This document shows, piece after piece, positions 51,133 to 60,800 of a stretch of 64,000 nt of DNA. The notes under the pieces were generated by a model, which saw only the letters and a list, made by a program, of their open reading frames with translations, was not told the DNA's origin and ran no database searches. Origin of the DNA: Candidatus Latescibacterota bacterium (GTDB lineage: Bacteria > Krumholzibacteriota > Krumholzibacteriia > WVZY01). Position numbers and translations under genes: made by a program. Position 1 is the first letter of the stretch. Each line of letters begins with the position of its first letter. The DNA is taken from NCBI GenBank assembly GCA_963791045.1, contig CAWBQK010000001.1, forward strand, positions 64,001-128,000, read 5' to 3'.

Positions 51133-52398
51133 TTATCGGGCTCCGGTGAAACTGGTTTTTGATTTTATGCTTTCGATGAGTTTACGAACATTTTCGCGGG
51201 GAGAAAACAGTTCGTTCGCCCTTTCTTTCCCCGCACCGACGAGAGCATTGAAAAGTGTGTCGTCAGCCGCAAGACGCTCGATACAATCCGCCAGGGCTTC
51301 CGCGTTCTCCGCCTCGAAGAGCAACCCGGTTTCCCCGTCGAATACGACTTCGGGAATCCCTCCGACCGGCGCCGCGATAACCGGGGTTCCCGACATCCAT
51401 GATTCCGCGATCACTGTCGGGAGACCTTCCCGGACACCCGTAGCGGTAATTCGCCCGGGAACGACGAGTGCAAGCGCCCCGGCGAGATGACCGGCAAACT
51501 CGTTGTGCTTGTAATATCCGGGCATTTCGGTACGTCCGGCAATTCCTTTTTCATCGGCGAGCGATTCGAGGAGTCCTCGCTCGGAACCTTCTCCGAGTAT
51601 CCGGAGCCGAACATCGACACCGCGCTTGTCAAGAACGCCGACGGCGCGGACCAGTACATCGAACCCTTTCGCCGGAACGAGATTTCCCGCGGCGAGTACG
51701 AGCGGCGGTTCGGATGTTTTGTCGACTCGCGGGCGCGGGTTGAAAACCACGCAGATCCTAATCATCTCGAACTTATCGGGCGCCGCCGCGGGCGCGGTTT
51801 TTTTCAAGTGACCGAGACCATCCTCGTGAACGGCGACGACAAGATCGGCATCCTCGAGTTTGCGCCGCCGCAGCGGATCCCTGAATGCCAGTGTGTTGAG
51901 ATGGATATCGAACGAATGGTAACGAATCGAGAAACCCACCCCGAGAAGCCGCTGCCCGACCCATGCGACGGTGGCCGGTGACGAACCGAAGTCGGCGTGA
52001 AGATGGGTCACCTGTTCGCGATCGGCATCACGGAGCAAAGGGAGCGCGACAAAAAAGACGGCTGCATTCTTGAACCAGTACACCGGATTTGATCTGGACG
52101 CCCACAGAAGGGCGGCAAACGATCCAAACAAGCCCAAAGGTTTTTTAAAAAGGAAGTAAAGAAAGCCTGCAAGGATGCCCGCGTACGACCAGGAAAGAAT
52201 ATCGCCGCGAACCTCTTCGAGCCGCTCGTGCTGGATACCGGCGCCTTTCTTTCGGTAAAAAGAATAAACGCGGACCGATGGGTCCTGACGACGCAGCTCG
52301 GCGATTTCATTGATTTCAAACGTGAGCTTGTAGGCATGGGACGCAATGTACCCGAGCTTGAACCGGTCGCCGTTGTTTGTGTTTGATGGGGTATTCAT
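51133..52398 (-). CDS. GT4 glycosyltransferase (WcaL-like)
   Basis: TFEINE, HLHADF, LVPAKG, EGLPTVIAE, GGIPEVV. Confidence 0.85.
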   Translation of the reverse strand: MNTPSNTNNGDRFKLGYIASHAYKLTFEINEIAELRRQDPSVRVYSFYRKKGAGIQHERLEEVRGDILSWSYAGILAGFLYFLFKKPLGLFGSFAALLWASRSNPVYWFKNAAVFFVALPLLRDADREQVTHLHADFGSSPATVAWVGQRLLGVGFSIRYHSFDIHLNTLAFRDPLRRRKLEDADLVVAVHEDGLGHLKKTAPAAAPDKFEMIRICVVFNPRPRVDKTSEPPLVLAAGNLVPAKGFDVLVRAVGVLDKRGVDVRLRILGEGSERGLLESLADEKGIAGRTEMPGYYKHNEFAGHLAGALALVVPGRITATGVREGLPTVIAESWMSGTPVIAAPVGGIPEVVFDGETGLLFEAENAEALADCIERLAADDTLFNALVGAGKERANELFSPRENVRKLIESIKSKTSFTGAR

Positions 52399-52430
52399 AA
52401 GTTTTTGGGAATCAGCCGCTTTGACTGACG

Positions 52431-52459
52431 ATTATAGGTTTGACGTCCGCGGGCGTCAA
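52431..52459 (-). promoter_or_regulatory. Putative sigma70 promoter
   Basis: TTGACG, 17 nt, TATAAT. Confidence 0.65.
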
Positions 52460-52591
52460 GAAAACGACTCGGCACATCACCCGCCGAAAACCGTTGTTTC
52501 CGCCGGTTGCTTCCACTAATCTCATTGTGAACGGGGCGCCCAGATAGCGCGTGTCCCCCGACCCTCGACCAGGCTCTTACCCGCGATAGTC

Positions 52592-53512
52592 ATGAAGATT
52601 GCCGTTATTGTCAATCCAAACGCCGGACGCGCCCACAGGCGGCCCGGCGACGCGTCACTGCGGCGGGCGATCGAATCGCTCGGGCACAGTGTGACATTCC
52701 ACTATACAAAATCGCGCGGAGACGCCACACGCATCGCGGCCAGTCTCCCCAATGACATCGACGCGGTGGGCGTAATGGGCGGAGACGGGACGATCCACGA
52801 GACGGTCAACGGACTGCTTCCACGTCAGACCGCTTTGTTCGTAATTCCCCACGGCGCGGGCAACGACCTGGCAAGCCTGGTCTCGTGCCCGCGGACACCC
52901 GACGAACTGGCCGGCGTTCTCGATGAAGGAATGGCCGCCTCGCTCGACGTGCTTCGCTTTGGCGACCGCTACTGTGTCAACTCGGCGGGGCTTGGTTTTG
53001 AGGGAATGGTCAACCGGCACAGCCAGACCATTTCAATCGTCCGCGGACACGCGAGATATCTTCTCGCGCTTTTCAAATCTCTTAAGACTCACGTGTGCCC
53101 GCATTTCGAGATCGACGTGCATGGCGGCGAAAAGATCACAGGCAAGCGTCTCCTGGTTAGTGTCGGAAACGGTCACCGCACGGGTGGCGCATTCTATCTC
53201 ACTCCCGACGCGGTCCCCGACGACGGACTTCTCGACATCTGCATCGTCGATCCCATGAGCCGGCTGCGCATGCTCGGTCTTCTGCCCCGATCATTCAAAG
53301 GCAGCCATCCGGACCACCCCGCCGTGAGGATGATCCGCGCCGAATCACTCACCATAAAATCGGACGGGTGGTACCCGATGCACATCGATGGCGAGTACCA
53401 CGACGGCCGTGCCGATCAACTCGACATATCGGTAGTCCCCGGAGCGCTCCGCGTGCTGTGCAAACGCTTAGGCCCCAACAAGCTTCATAAAGAATTGATA
53501 AAGGTTATCTGA
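52592..53512 (+). CDS. Diacylglycerol/lipid kinase family (YegS/DagK-like)
   Basis: NPNAG, GGDGTIHE, GAGNDLA, DDGLLD, HIDGE. Confidence 0.9.
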   Translation: MKIAVIVNPNAGRAHRRPGDASLRRAIESLGHSVTFHYTKSRGDATRIAASLPNDIDAVGVMGGDGTIHETVNGLLPRQTALFVIPHGAGNDLASLVSCPRTPDELAGVLDEGMAASLDVLRFGDRYCVNSAGLGFEGMVNRHSQTISIVRGHARYLLALFKSLKTHVCPHFEIDVHGGEKITGKRLLVSVGNGHRTGGAFYLTPDAVPDDGLLDICIVDPMSRLRMLGLLPRSFKGSHPDHPAVRMIRAESLTIKSDGWYPMHIDGEYHDGRADQLDISVVPGALRVLCKRLGPNKLHKELIKVI

Positions 53513-53560
53513 CGCGTAAATCGCTGACCGGCGTGTTGGTGATGTTACGGGATTTCGCGG

Positions 53561-55282
53561 TTACTCGTACTGCAGTGTGGGATGGTTGTCCCCGCTCGCG
53601 GAGGATTTGGCAAACCCGTTGACGCGGTAAGCCGCCCAATCGGGCGCTTCCTCGATCCGGCCCTCCTCGATCGGTTCGAGACCGAGAACCACAAGCGGAT
53701 CGCGCATATGTTTCTTGCCAAAATCTCCGGTGAGAAAAAGTTCGAGCACGTTCTTGTTATCCACAATGACATCGACGCCCTCTTTTCTGAGGTAATCGCC
53801 GAGGTCGCCATTCTTGAGCGCGTCGAGCGCCTTGTTATTCACTTTCCCATCGAGATTGATGACCTTCCGGTTGGCCAGGTACCCTATAGCCCCGCTCTGA
53901 AAAACACCGATCGTATCGTCGGGCGACGTGTTCTCATCAACCCAGCAAGCCATGTCGTAAAAACAATACACGGCGTGCGAACGGCAGGCGCATGTGTACG
54001 CCATGTATCCGAACGCGCCGACATACATAACGAGCAACACGGCCACGGCGGCGCGCGCCGGGACGAGCCCGACGGGAACACGGCGAAGGACCTCTTCGAG
54101 AAAGAGCCCCGCGTAGATGCACGCGACGAAATACAGCGGAAAGTAATATCGCGCGAAGAAGAACACGCCGAAAACATAGAATGAATAGGCGGCGATCATA
54201 ACGACGGAGAAGAGAAGCAAAAACTGGAGTTCATCGAAACCTTTGCCCCCAAGACTGCGCCGACGGAAAACAACCAGGTATATAAAACCGGCCACAAGCG
54301 CGAGCCCAATGACATTCGCCACGATGGAGAGCGTACTCGCCGCGTCGAGCGAGACTCCGATCTTTTCGAGACCGCGGAAGAACGCATGAACGGGAGGCGC
54401 GAGTTTGAGCACCGAGAATGAATGAACGACGTGTCCCCACATGAAATTGATGTCGGGTCCGGAGTTCATCATGTCGGGAGTGCCGAGTCCGAAAAACGGC
54501 GCGTATGCAATCGAGAGATAACGCGTCGCCGACCCGCTGTCCTGAAAAATGTTCCCCATAGCAATCCCGCTGAAAACGAGCCACGGAGAGTAGACGGCGA
54601 GGGCAGCGCCGGCGGCCGCGCCAACATTCTTCAAAGCGCCCGAGCCCGCGCCCCGGCTCCGGAGTACGACGAGATAATCGAGCGCGATAACGAGGACGAG
54701 AAACGCCTCGTCAATCCGCGCGAGCACGGCAAGACCCGCGAGCACACCGAACCATACGAAGTGCTTGAGCGGGGGACGCTCGACCGAGCGGATCCGGCTC
54801 AGATAGAAATACACCACCGACGCAAACATACATAACGCGAGCGATGTTTCCAGACCGTTGGCCGCTTGTTTGGTGACGACCGGCGAGAAGGCCCACACGA
54901 TCGCCATGAGCGCCGCTATTTTTGTACTCGTATAACGCCCGATGATCTTGAACAACAACACCGCGGTGATGGCGGTAAGCAACGCGGAGAGAATCAACGC
55001 CGCGTAGATCGGGCCGATCAGATCGGACCCGCCGAGCGCGTAAAAAGGAACGATCATAAAGACGTACAGCGGTTGAAAACCGTTCGTCGGGTGGACGCCG
55101 TCAAAGCTCACACCATTCCCGGTGGCTATGTTCTGGGCAATTTTGAACGCGTAGAAGCTGTCGTCATACAGGAAGCCGTTCCGGGCAAGAACGGAAAAAT
55201 CCTGCGCAACGATCGCCACGTGGAAGACGAGCGCGGTTATGAACAGGCCAAGAATAAACAGCCTGGCGCGAGGGTGTGTCAT
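53561..55282 (-). CDS. GT-C-fold membrane glycosyltransferase-like protein
   Basis: DDSFY..IAQN, TNGFQPL, GLET, LARID, GAIGY, INLDG. Confidence 0.7.
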   Translation of the reverse strand: MTHPRARLFILGLFITALVFHVAIVAQDFSVLARNGFLYDDSFYAFKIAQNIATGNGVSFDGVHPTNGFQPLYVFMIVPFYALGGSDLIGPIYAALILSALLTAITAVLLFKIIGRYTSTKIAALMAIVWAFSPVVTKQAANGLETSLALCMFASVVYFYLSRIRSVERPPLKHFVWFGVLAGLAVLARIDEAFLVLVIALDYLVVLRSRGAGSGALKNVGAAAGAALAVYSPWLVFSGIAMGNIFQDSGSATRYLSIAYAPFFGLGTPDMMNSGPDINFMWGHVVHSFSVLKLAPPVHAFFRGLEKIGVSLDAASTLSIVANVIGLALVAGFIYLVVFRRRSLGGKGFDELQFLLLFSVVMIAAYSFYVFGVFFFARYYFPLYFVACIYAGLFLEEVLRRVPVGLVPARAAVAVLLVMYVGAFGYMAYTCACRSHAVYCFYDMACWVDENTSPDDTIGVFQSGAIGYLANRKVINLDGKVNNKALDALKNGDLGDYLRKEGVDVIVDNKNVLELFLTGDFGKKHMRDPLVVLGLEPIEEGRIEEAPDWAAYRVNGFAKSSASGDNHPTLQYE

Positions 55283-55357
55283 TTAAGGAGTCTCAGTCTG
55301 TTAACAGTCAGTTCCCTATCGTTTCCTCTGGTTGAAGGACGTACGCGTACAGGGTCA

Positions 55358-55386
55358 ATTGTACCGCAGAATACCCTCAATGTCAA
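55358..55386 (-). promoter_or_regulatory. Putative sigma70 promoter
   Basis: TTGACA, 17 nt, TACAAT. Confidence 0.65.
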
Positions 55387-55423
55387 TTTGGTAACCACTA
55401 AGAGATATGGTGAAACAATTTCC

Positions 55424-57502
55424 CTAACGTTTTATCAAGATAAGAGATACACCGTTTGGTTCCACCAGAGTGAACGGCACCGGATCGCCGAGCCGGTGGA
55501 CGGGCGTGAGAATGGTCGGGAGGGGCACTCTCATCCCGCTATCCCAGTGGTAAGGGAGGAGAAACGCCTCGTCACCGGGCCCGACGGCGATTTGGATTTG
55601 ATTGAAATCCGCGACGATAGCCCCGACATCCACTGTCGGCCGGTTGACACGCCATAATCTGTAATGCGGAGATGCCCACGCAATTTCGGCCGCACCACGC
55701 CCGCCGGTCTCCCAACCCGCGGGCGCCGCGCCCGCCGCCTCGGAGGCCCGGGTAATGTACGCACGGGTCGCCGGGCTCGCCGTGACGATCCACCTCACAT
55801 TGTAGAGATCGATGTAGCGCCAGAACAGGGCGGGTGAAATCTCCTCAAGCGGTTTGCCGAAGGTTTTGTCCTTTTGAAAGGTCGCGAAATGATGTTTCAA
55901 AAAGGTGAAAGGGTACGGGCCGCCAATCTGCTCGACACCGGTGTAGATGGGAAGAATCCCCGGCATGTGCGATTCCCCGTACAGCGCCGCGGGCCCATCC
56001 TCGATCATGAGCCGGCCCGAGGAATCGGTTTGATTGACGAGGACGTCGATGAGCGTCTGGACTTCGGGGGCGAACGACGTGGTGATACGGTGCTGGTACC
56101 CGGTTCTCGCCGACAAGAACGACAAGACGATGGGAGCGATGAAGAGCACTGCGAACACGGCACGTTCAAAAATGCTTCGCATGCTTGATGGCCCGGTACG
56201 GGTCCTGTCATCGGCCACCCCACGCGTGCTCGCTTCGCTCCGCCGCTCTGGGGGCCCCGCCGATGCCACCCGTACCTGTTCCGCGTGTACGGTCAAACGA
56301 CCGGGTTTTGCCGCACGGGCCACAAGCCGACCCACACCGTCGAGCGCCAGCGCGGCGCCGGCTCCGGCGAGCGGCGCCGCGAAGAACAGTGTCGTCAGGA
56401 GGAACCGCCCCGGTTCGAGGTGTTCGATGCCGGGGAGATACACCCCGTACGAGCTGATTCCGAAAAGAAACAAAACCGAGGGGATCATCACCGCCGCACC
56501 TGTGGAGCGGCGCACGCGCCACGCACCGAGCACGGCAAGCGCGAGAAAAACGAGTGCGGGGAAACATCCGGGGTGGAAGAACTCGCAGACAAAATCGCGG
56601 GCGCCGCCGGTCTGAAAAAATTCCTTGGACGACGCCTTGGCGGTCATATTGGCAAGCATCGGCAGCACCCAGATCAAGTTGACGACAATCACGACCCCGC
56701 ACCATAAGAGAAACCCGAGCGCCTTTTTGGATGTGAGTCGTTTTCGTTCCATCACGAACAACATGACGAACGGGACGGCCAGCGCGACGACGGCCGTCGG
56801 GTGAATGAGAAAGGCGACGGGCCCCAACACAAAGAACCAGAGTCTTTCTCCCGTCCGCAGAAATCGGCGAAAGAGCCCGACGACAAGAATCGAAAAGTGA
56901 CTGACAAAGATAAACTCGAACATCCCCGCGTAACGGAAGTGCGACGCATACGGCCGACCCCAGTGCCAGAAGATGAGTAGTGCCCCGACGCCGAGAAGGG
57001 ATTCCCGCCGGTCAAAGCCGAGCAATCTGGCGCCGCCGAACACCGTGAACACCATTGAAAGGTAACAAACAAGGATAAAGAACTTGAGCCCGCGCGCCAG
57101 CTGGCCCGCAGGAAAAAGCGCGCAAAACAACTCCGAGCCCTTGACATCGAGATCGAAAATCGCGCTCGGAAAGCCCGCCATGAAGTACGGGTCGTAGGCG
57201 TTGAGTCGTCCGGTCTCGAGCAGAACGTGCTTGGCCCGCCATGCCTGGTAATAGTGGAACGAGTGGTCGAGGGTGACAACGGGTTTGTCGTTCAGAATGT
57301 CACCGGGGGAGAAGAAGAAGAGTGTCGCGGCGAAGTGAACCAGGAAGAGACACAAGAGAAGCGTTTTTGTGTGGCGTTCGTAGAACGCCCCATCGGAAGC
57401 TCCGAGGAAATCGTGCTTTCGCCCCGCCCTGCGATTATCTATGATGTTGCCATCCATGAACGACACCGGCATTCTATCGAAGAACCCGAAACGGAAACCC
57501 AT
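55424..57502 (-). CDS. Polytopic membrane protein, probable GT-C fold (true start probably downstream of 57502)
   Basis: DHSFHYY, YDPYFMAGFP, many TMs, YNVRWIV. Confidence 0.6.
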   Translation of the reverse strand: MGFRFGFFDRMPVSFMDGNIIDNRRAGRKHDFLGASDGAFYERHTKTLLLCLFLVHFAATLFFFSPGDILNDKPVVTLDHSFHYYQAWRAKHVLLETGRLNAYDPYFMAGFPSAIFDLDVKGSELFCALFPAGQLARGLKFFILVCYLSMVFTVFGGARLLGFDRRESLLGVGALLIFWHWGRPYASHFRYAGMFEFIFVSHFSILVVGLFRRFLRTGERLWFFVLGPVAFLIHPTAVVALAVPFVMLFVMERKRLTSKKALGFLLWCGVVIVVNLIWVLPMLANMTAKASSKEFFQTGGARDFVCEFFHPGCFPALVFLALAVLGAWRVRRSTGAAVMIPSVLFLFGISSYGVYLPGIEHLEPGRFLLTTLFFAAPLAGAGAALALDGVGRLVARAAKPGRLTVHAEQVRVASAGPPERRSEASTRGVADDRTRTGPSSMRSIFERAVFAVLFIAPIVLSFLSARTGYQHRITTSFAPEVQTLIDVLVNQTDSSGRLMIEDGPAALYGESHMPGILPIYTGVEQIGGPYPFTFLKHHFATFQKDKTFGKPLEEISPALFWRYIDLYNVRWIVTASPATRAYITRASEAAGAAPAGWETGGRGAAEIAWASPHYRLWRVNRPTVDVGAIVADFNQIQIAVGPGDEAFLLPYHWDSGMRVPLPTILTPVHRLGDPVPFTLVEPNGVSLILIKR
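56195..56276. repeat. REP/RPE-like palindromic element inside a CDS
   Basis: Nested inverted repeats GGTACGGGT/ACCCGTACC, CATCGGC/GCCGATG and CCCCA/TGGGG around GCTCGCTTCGCTC. Confidence 0.6.
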
Positions 57503-57510
57503 CTCAACCC

Positions 57511-58407
57511 ATGAGTAACGGCCTCAAATTCATCGTTTTTAGCGCCCTCTGTCTTATCTGGAGTTCCACCTGGATAATGATCAAGGTGGGGCTGGACGGT
57601 GCCCCCCCAATAACAGCCGCCGGAATCCGATTTATCATAGCAGCTTTGATGATATTTGCAATCCTCGTCGCCAAACGAATCAAGCTACCCAGAGACAGGC
57701 AATTTTACATGCTGGCGCTGTTTCTGGGCGTTTTCCAGATGGGAATCCCTTACGCGCTCGTTTATTGGGCGGAGCAGCACATAAGCTCGGGGCTCACATC
57801 GATCCTCTTCAGCACGATGCCCTTTACCGTCGCTATTCTCGCGCGTGTTTTCATCGGTGACCCGATCACATTCCGTAAAATGGCGGGAATCATGATCGGA
57901 ACCGTGGGCGTCGCCGTCATTTTCTGGGATAGCTCAACACTTGGGGGCAGCCAAAGTGTTTGGGGGATTTCCGCGGCTCTCGGGAGCGCGATCCTCGCGA
58001 GCGTCTCGACAATCGCCATCAAAAAATATTCGCGTTCCTACAATCCCCTCGCGTCGATATTCCTCCCAATGGTTATCGGCGGCGTGGTATTGATGATCGG
58101 CAGTTTCATATTCGAGGCGGGGCGGCCCGTCACCTGGAATTTTATCACGGTAACGAGCATCCTCTATCTCGCCGGGCTCGGATCGGTGGCGGCATTCGGA
58201 CTCTACTACTGGATCATCAAACACATGGACGTCACGGTGCTTTCCTACCAAACGTTCATCATTCCGATTCTCGCATGTGTCATAGGCTGGATTTTTCTCC
58301 GCGAAACCATTACACTCAATATCGCCCTCGGCGGAGGAATGATTCTCGCAGGCATCGCTCTTGCTACGTTCCGTGGGTTCCGCAAAATAAGGAGTCCTGT
58401 TGTCTGA
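57511..58407 (+). CDS. EamA/DMT family transporter
   Basis: LIWSSTW, GIRF, AEQHISSG, ~10 TMs. Confidence 0.9.
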   Translation: MSNGLKFIVFSALCLIWSSTWIMIKVGLDGAPPITAAGIRFIIAALMIFAILVAKRIKLPRDRQFYMLALFLGVFQMGIPYALVYWAEQHISSGLTSILFSTMPFTVAILARVFIGDPITFRKMAGIMIGTVGVAVIFWDSSTLGGSQSVWGISAALGSAILASVSTIAIKKYSRSYNPLASIFLPMVIGGVVLMIGSFIFEAGRPVTWNFITVTSILYLAGLGSVAAFGLYYWIIKHMDVTVLSYQTFIIPILACVIGWIFLRETITLNIALGGGMILAGIALATFRGFRKIRSPVV

Positions 58408-59161
58408 CCTTGCGTACGCGATCGAAAAAGCGGCCGGGTATCTCAACGAGTCCCGGTCGCTCGCGGTGTCGACCGGCGCCGGGATGTCGAAGGAGAGCGG
58501 AATTCCGACATTCAGAGACGCACCGAATGCGCTGTGGGCAAATTACGACCCTGAAACTCTCGCCAGCCCCGAAGGGTGGCGGCGGGACCCAGCCCTGGTA
58601 TGGCGCTGGTATGCCGAACGCCGTCGATTGATCGCCGAGACGAAACCCCACGCGGGACACTTCGCGATCGCGGAACTCGAGGACCAGTTCGAAGAATTTG
58701 TTGTCATTACACAGAATATCGACGATCTTCACCGAAGGGCGGGGTCGCGAGAGTTAGTCGAAGTGCACGGAAATATATTCCGTTATAAGTGCTTCGACGC
58801 GGAACACGAGATCGAGACGGTCCCAGAGGGGATCGATGAACCGCCACGGTGTTCATGCGGATCGCTGGTCCGACCGGCGGTCGTCTGGTTCGGGGAAATG
58901 CTCCCCGAAGAAGCCATAAGACGTTCTTATGTCGCAATTGACTCTTGCGATACGATGCTCGTCGTGGGAACATCGGGAACCGTTTTTCCTCTGGCGGGGT
59001 TTCCGTCGCTCGCAAGACGGGCCGGCGCCCGGATCATCGAGATCAACCCGGAGATGACGCCGATCACGCAGGATGCCGACTTGTTTCTCGAGGGCCCGGC
59101 GGGCGAAGTGCTTCCCCGGCTTGTCGAAAAGTTTATCTCACTGAGGTCTTCTTCGAAGTGA
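58400..59161 (+). CDS. cobB: NAD-dependent protein deacylase (sirtuin)
   Basis: GAGMSKESGIPTFR, TQNIDDLH, HG, RPAVVWFGE, GTSG, EINP; WY..RR class III motif. Confidence 0.93.
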   Translation: MSDLAYAIEKAAGYLNESRSLAVSTGAGMSKESGIPTFRDAPNALWANYDPETLASPEGWRRDPALVWRWYAERRRLIAETKPHAGHFAIAELEDQFEEFVVITQNIDDLHRRAGSRELVEVHGNIFRYKCFDAEHEIETVPEGIDEPPRCSCGSLVRPAVVWFGEMLPEEAIRRSYVAIDSCDTMLVVGTSGTVFPLAGFPSLARRAGARIIEINPEMTPITQDADLFLEGPAGEVLPRLVEKFISLRSSSK

Positions 59162-60783
59162 CACGCTTTTTTGTGAAATCATTTCAAACCCACCGCCGGT
59201 TTGCCGCCACCGTCGCATTATTGGTATGCGCGCTCGTAGCGCTCGCCTCCCCACCCGCGCAAACGGCGGACGGGGACCTCATTCGTAGTGTCACCATCCA
59301 GCCATTCTATTTTTCGCCAGACGGCAACAGTGTCGCCGACGTCACCACCCTTCGCTTTGTGTTGAATGACACGGCGACTGTATTCCTCTTTGTAATGGAG
59401 AAAGACTCGACCACGGTCGTGGACACGCTCGTCGCCGGCGTGGAGAAACCAAATCTCACCGAGCACCTCGCGTTGTGGGACGGACGTTACTTCGACGGGA
59501 CGCCGGCGCCCGAGGATACTTTCATCGCTTATGTGAAAGCGGTAAGCGTCACCGATGCCGATTCGACGTTCTCGGCCCACTTTTTTATCGATAACACCGA
59601 CCCACAGGTGATGATCACCAATATCGCCCCCGGGTTCATCGCACCGGGTTCGAGCGACCCCGCGCAGACATCGGACACCGAAGTGACCTTCACGACATCC
59701 GACCCCCCGCCCACGGACAGCGTCGAAGTCGATATCGTCGTATACGGGCCAACGGGCGCTCGGGTCGAGACTTTCCCGGAAATACTCGTAGCGGCCAACG
59801 GCACCTACAAAGGGGTATGGAACGGGGACATCGCCACAGCCGACGGTCTCCACAAAATTGAGATCACGGCCACCGATCGCGCGCTCAATTCGAACACGAC
59901 CTGGTCGTATGTCGATGTCGACCTCGACGGACCCGAGATCGCAATTACGAATATGGAAAACAACGTAACGATCGCCGCCGTGCCCGACAGCCTCTTCGGT
60001 TGGGCATGGGATCGAAACGGCGTCCGCGATTCGCTGTGGGTCCGTTACGACCCGGCGGATGACTTCGCCGAGGTCGACACGAAGTACATTAGGGACGACA
60101 CACTGTTCTTCTCGGTGCCACTCGCGAGCCTGACCACCGAAGAGGGATCCTACACGCTTGGGTTCCTGGCAAAAGACCTGGCGGGCCAACGGCAAATCCA
60201 GGCACATGCGTTCACGTATACAACGGCGATGCCGCCCGTGCTCGACGAACCGGCCGAGCCGGTGACGCGGTCGCCCGAATTCATTCTCGACGGCACGGTA
60301 AGCGGAGCATCGAGCTTCATCTTGTACATATACCAGAACGAAACGCTCATCGATTCGATTTTCCCGAACGTCCCGGGCAACTGGCCATATCCGATGACAC
60401 TCGCCCCGGGGCTCAACCGGATCTATGCGACGATGGGTGACGACGCGGGCAATGTCAGCGCGCCGTCCAACACTATTGAAGTCACGTTTGACAACTCGGC
60501 CGGGCTTTACATCCCGCAGCCTTTTAAACAAGGGGACGCATTCCAGATCAACTTGTCGAAGAATGCGTCGTCGGTAACGCTGCGGCTTTACGATCTCGGA
60601 GGAAACCTGGTCCAGATTCTTTACGGGTCCGACATTTCGATGAATGTGTCAATTCCGTGGGATGCGCTCAATGGTGATGGCGAGGATGTCAAGAAGGGGC
60701 CGCTCGTTGCCGTTGCGGCAATAGTCTATGCGGACGGATCTGCCCGCGAGATTATAAGAGAAATCTTTGTCTGCGAACCGTGA
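59158..60783 (+). CDS. Secreted multi FlgD/Ig-domain protein with a sorting-like C-terminal domain
   Basis: GTG overlaps the cobB stop; signal peptide; FSPDGN..D, repeated W(D/N)G motifs; C-terminal LRLYDLGG.LV...WDALNGDG. Confidence 0.72.
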   Translation: MTRFFVKSFQTHRRFAATVALLVCALVALASPPAQTADGDLIRSVTIQPFYFSPDGNSVADVTTLRFVLNDTATVFLFVMEKDSTTVVDTLVAGVEKPNLTEHLALWDGRYFDGTPAPEDTFIAYVKAVSVTDADSTFSAHFFIDNTDPQVMITNIAPGFIAPGSSDPAQTSDTEVTFTTSDPPPTDSVEVDIVVYGPTGARVETFPEILVAANGTYKGVWNGDIATADGLHKIEITATDRALNSNTTWSYVDVDLDGPEIAITNMENNVTIAAVPDSLFGWAWDRNGVRDSLWVRYDPADDFAEVDTKYIRDDTLFFSVPLASLTTEEGSYTLGFLAKDLAGQRQIQAHAFTYTTAMPPVLDEPAEPVTRSPEFILDGTVSGASSFILYIYQNETLIDSIFPNVPGNWPYPMTLAPGLNRIYATMGDDAGNVSAPSNTIEVTFDNSAGLYIPQPFKQGDAFQINLSKNASSVTLRLYDLGGNLVQILYGSDISMNVSIPWDALNGDGEDVKKGPLVAVAAIVYADGSAREIIREIFVCEP

Positions 60784-60800
60784 GATGTAACAAGACAATT

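Noticed and set aside
7601-55386. Apparent preference for 18-nt promoter spacers
   Set aside because: Three candidates have 18 nt but others have 17 nt; too few and unverified.
58945-59157. N-terminal extension of ORF 58945..60783
   Set aside because: It overlaps cobB; GTG 59158 gives translational coupling and a signal peptide.
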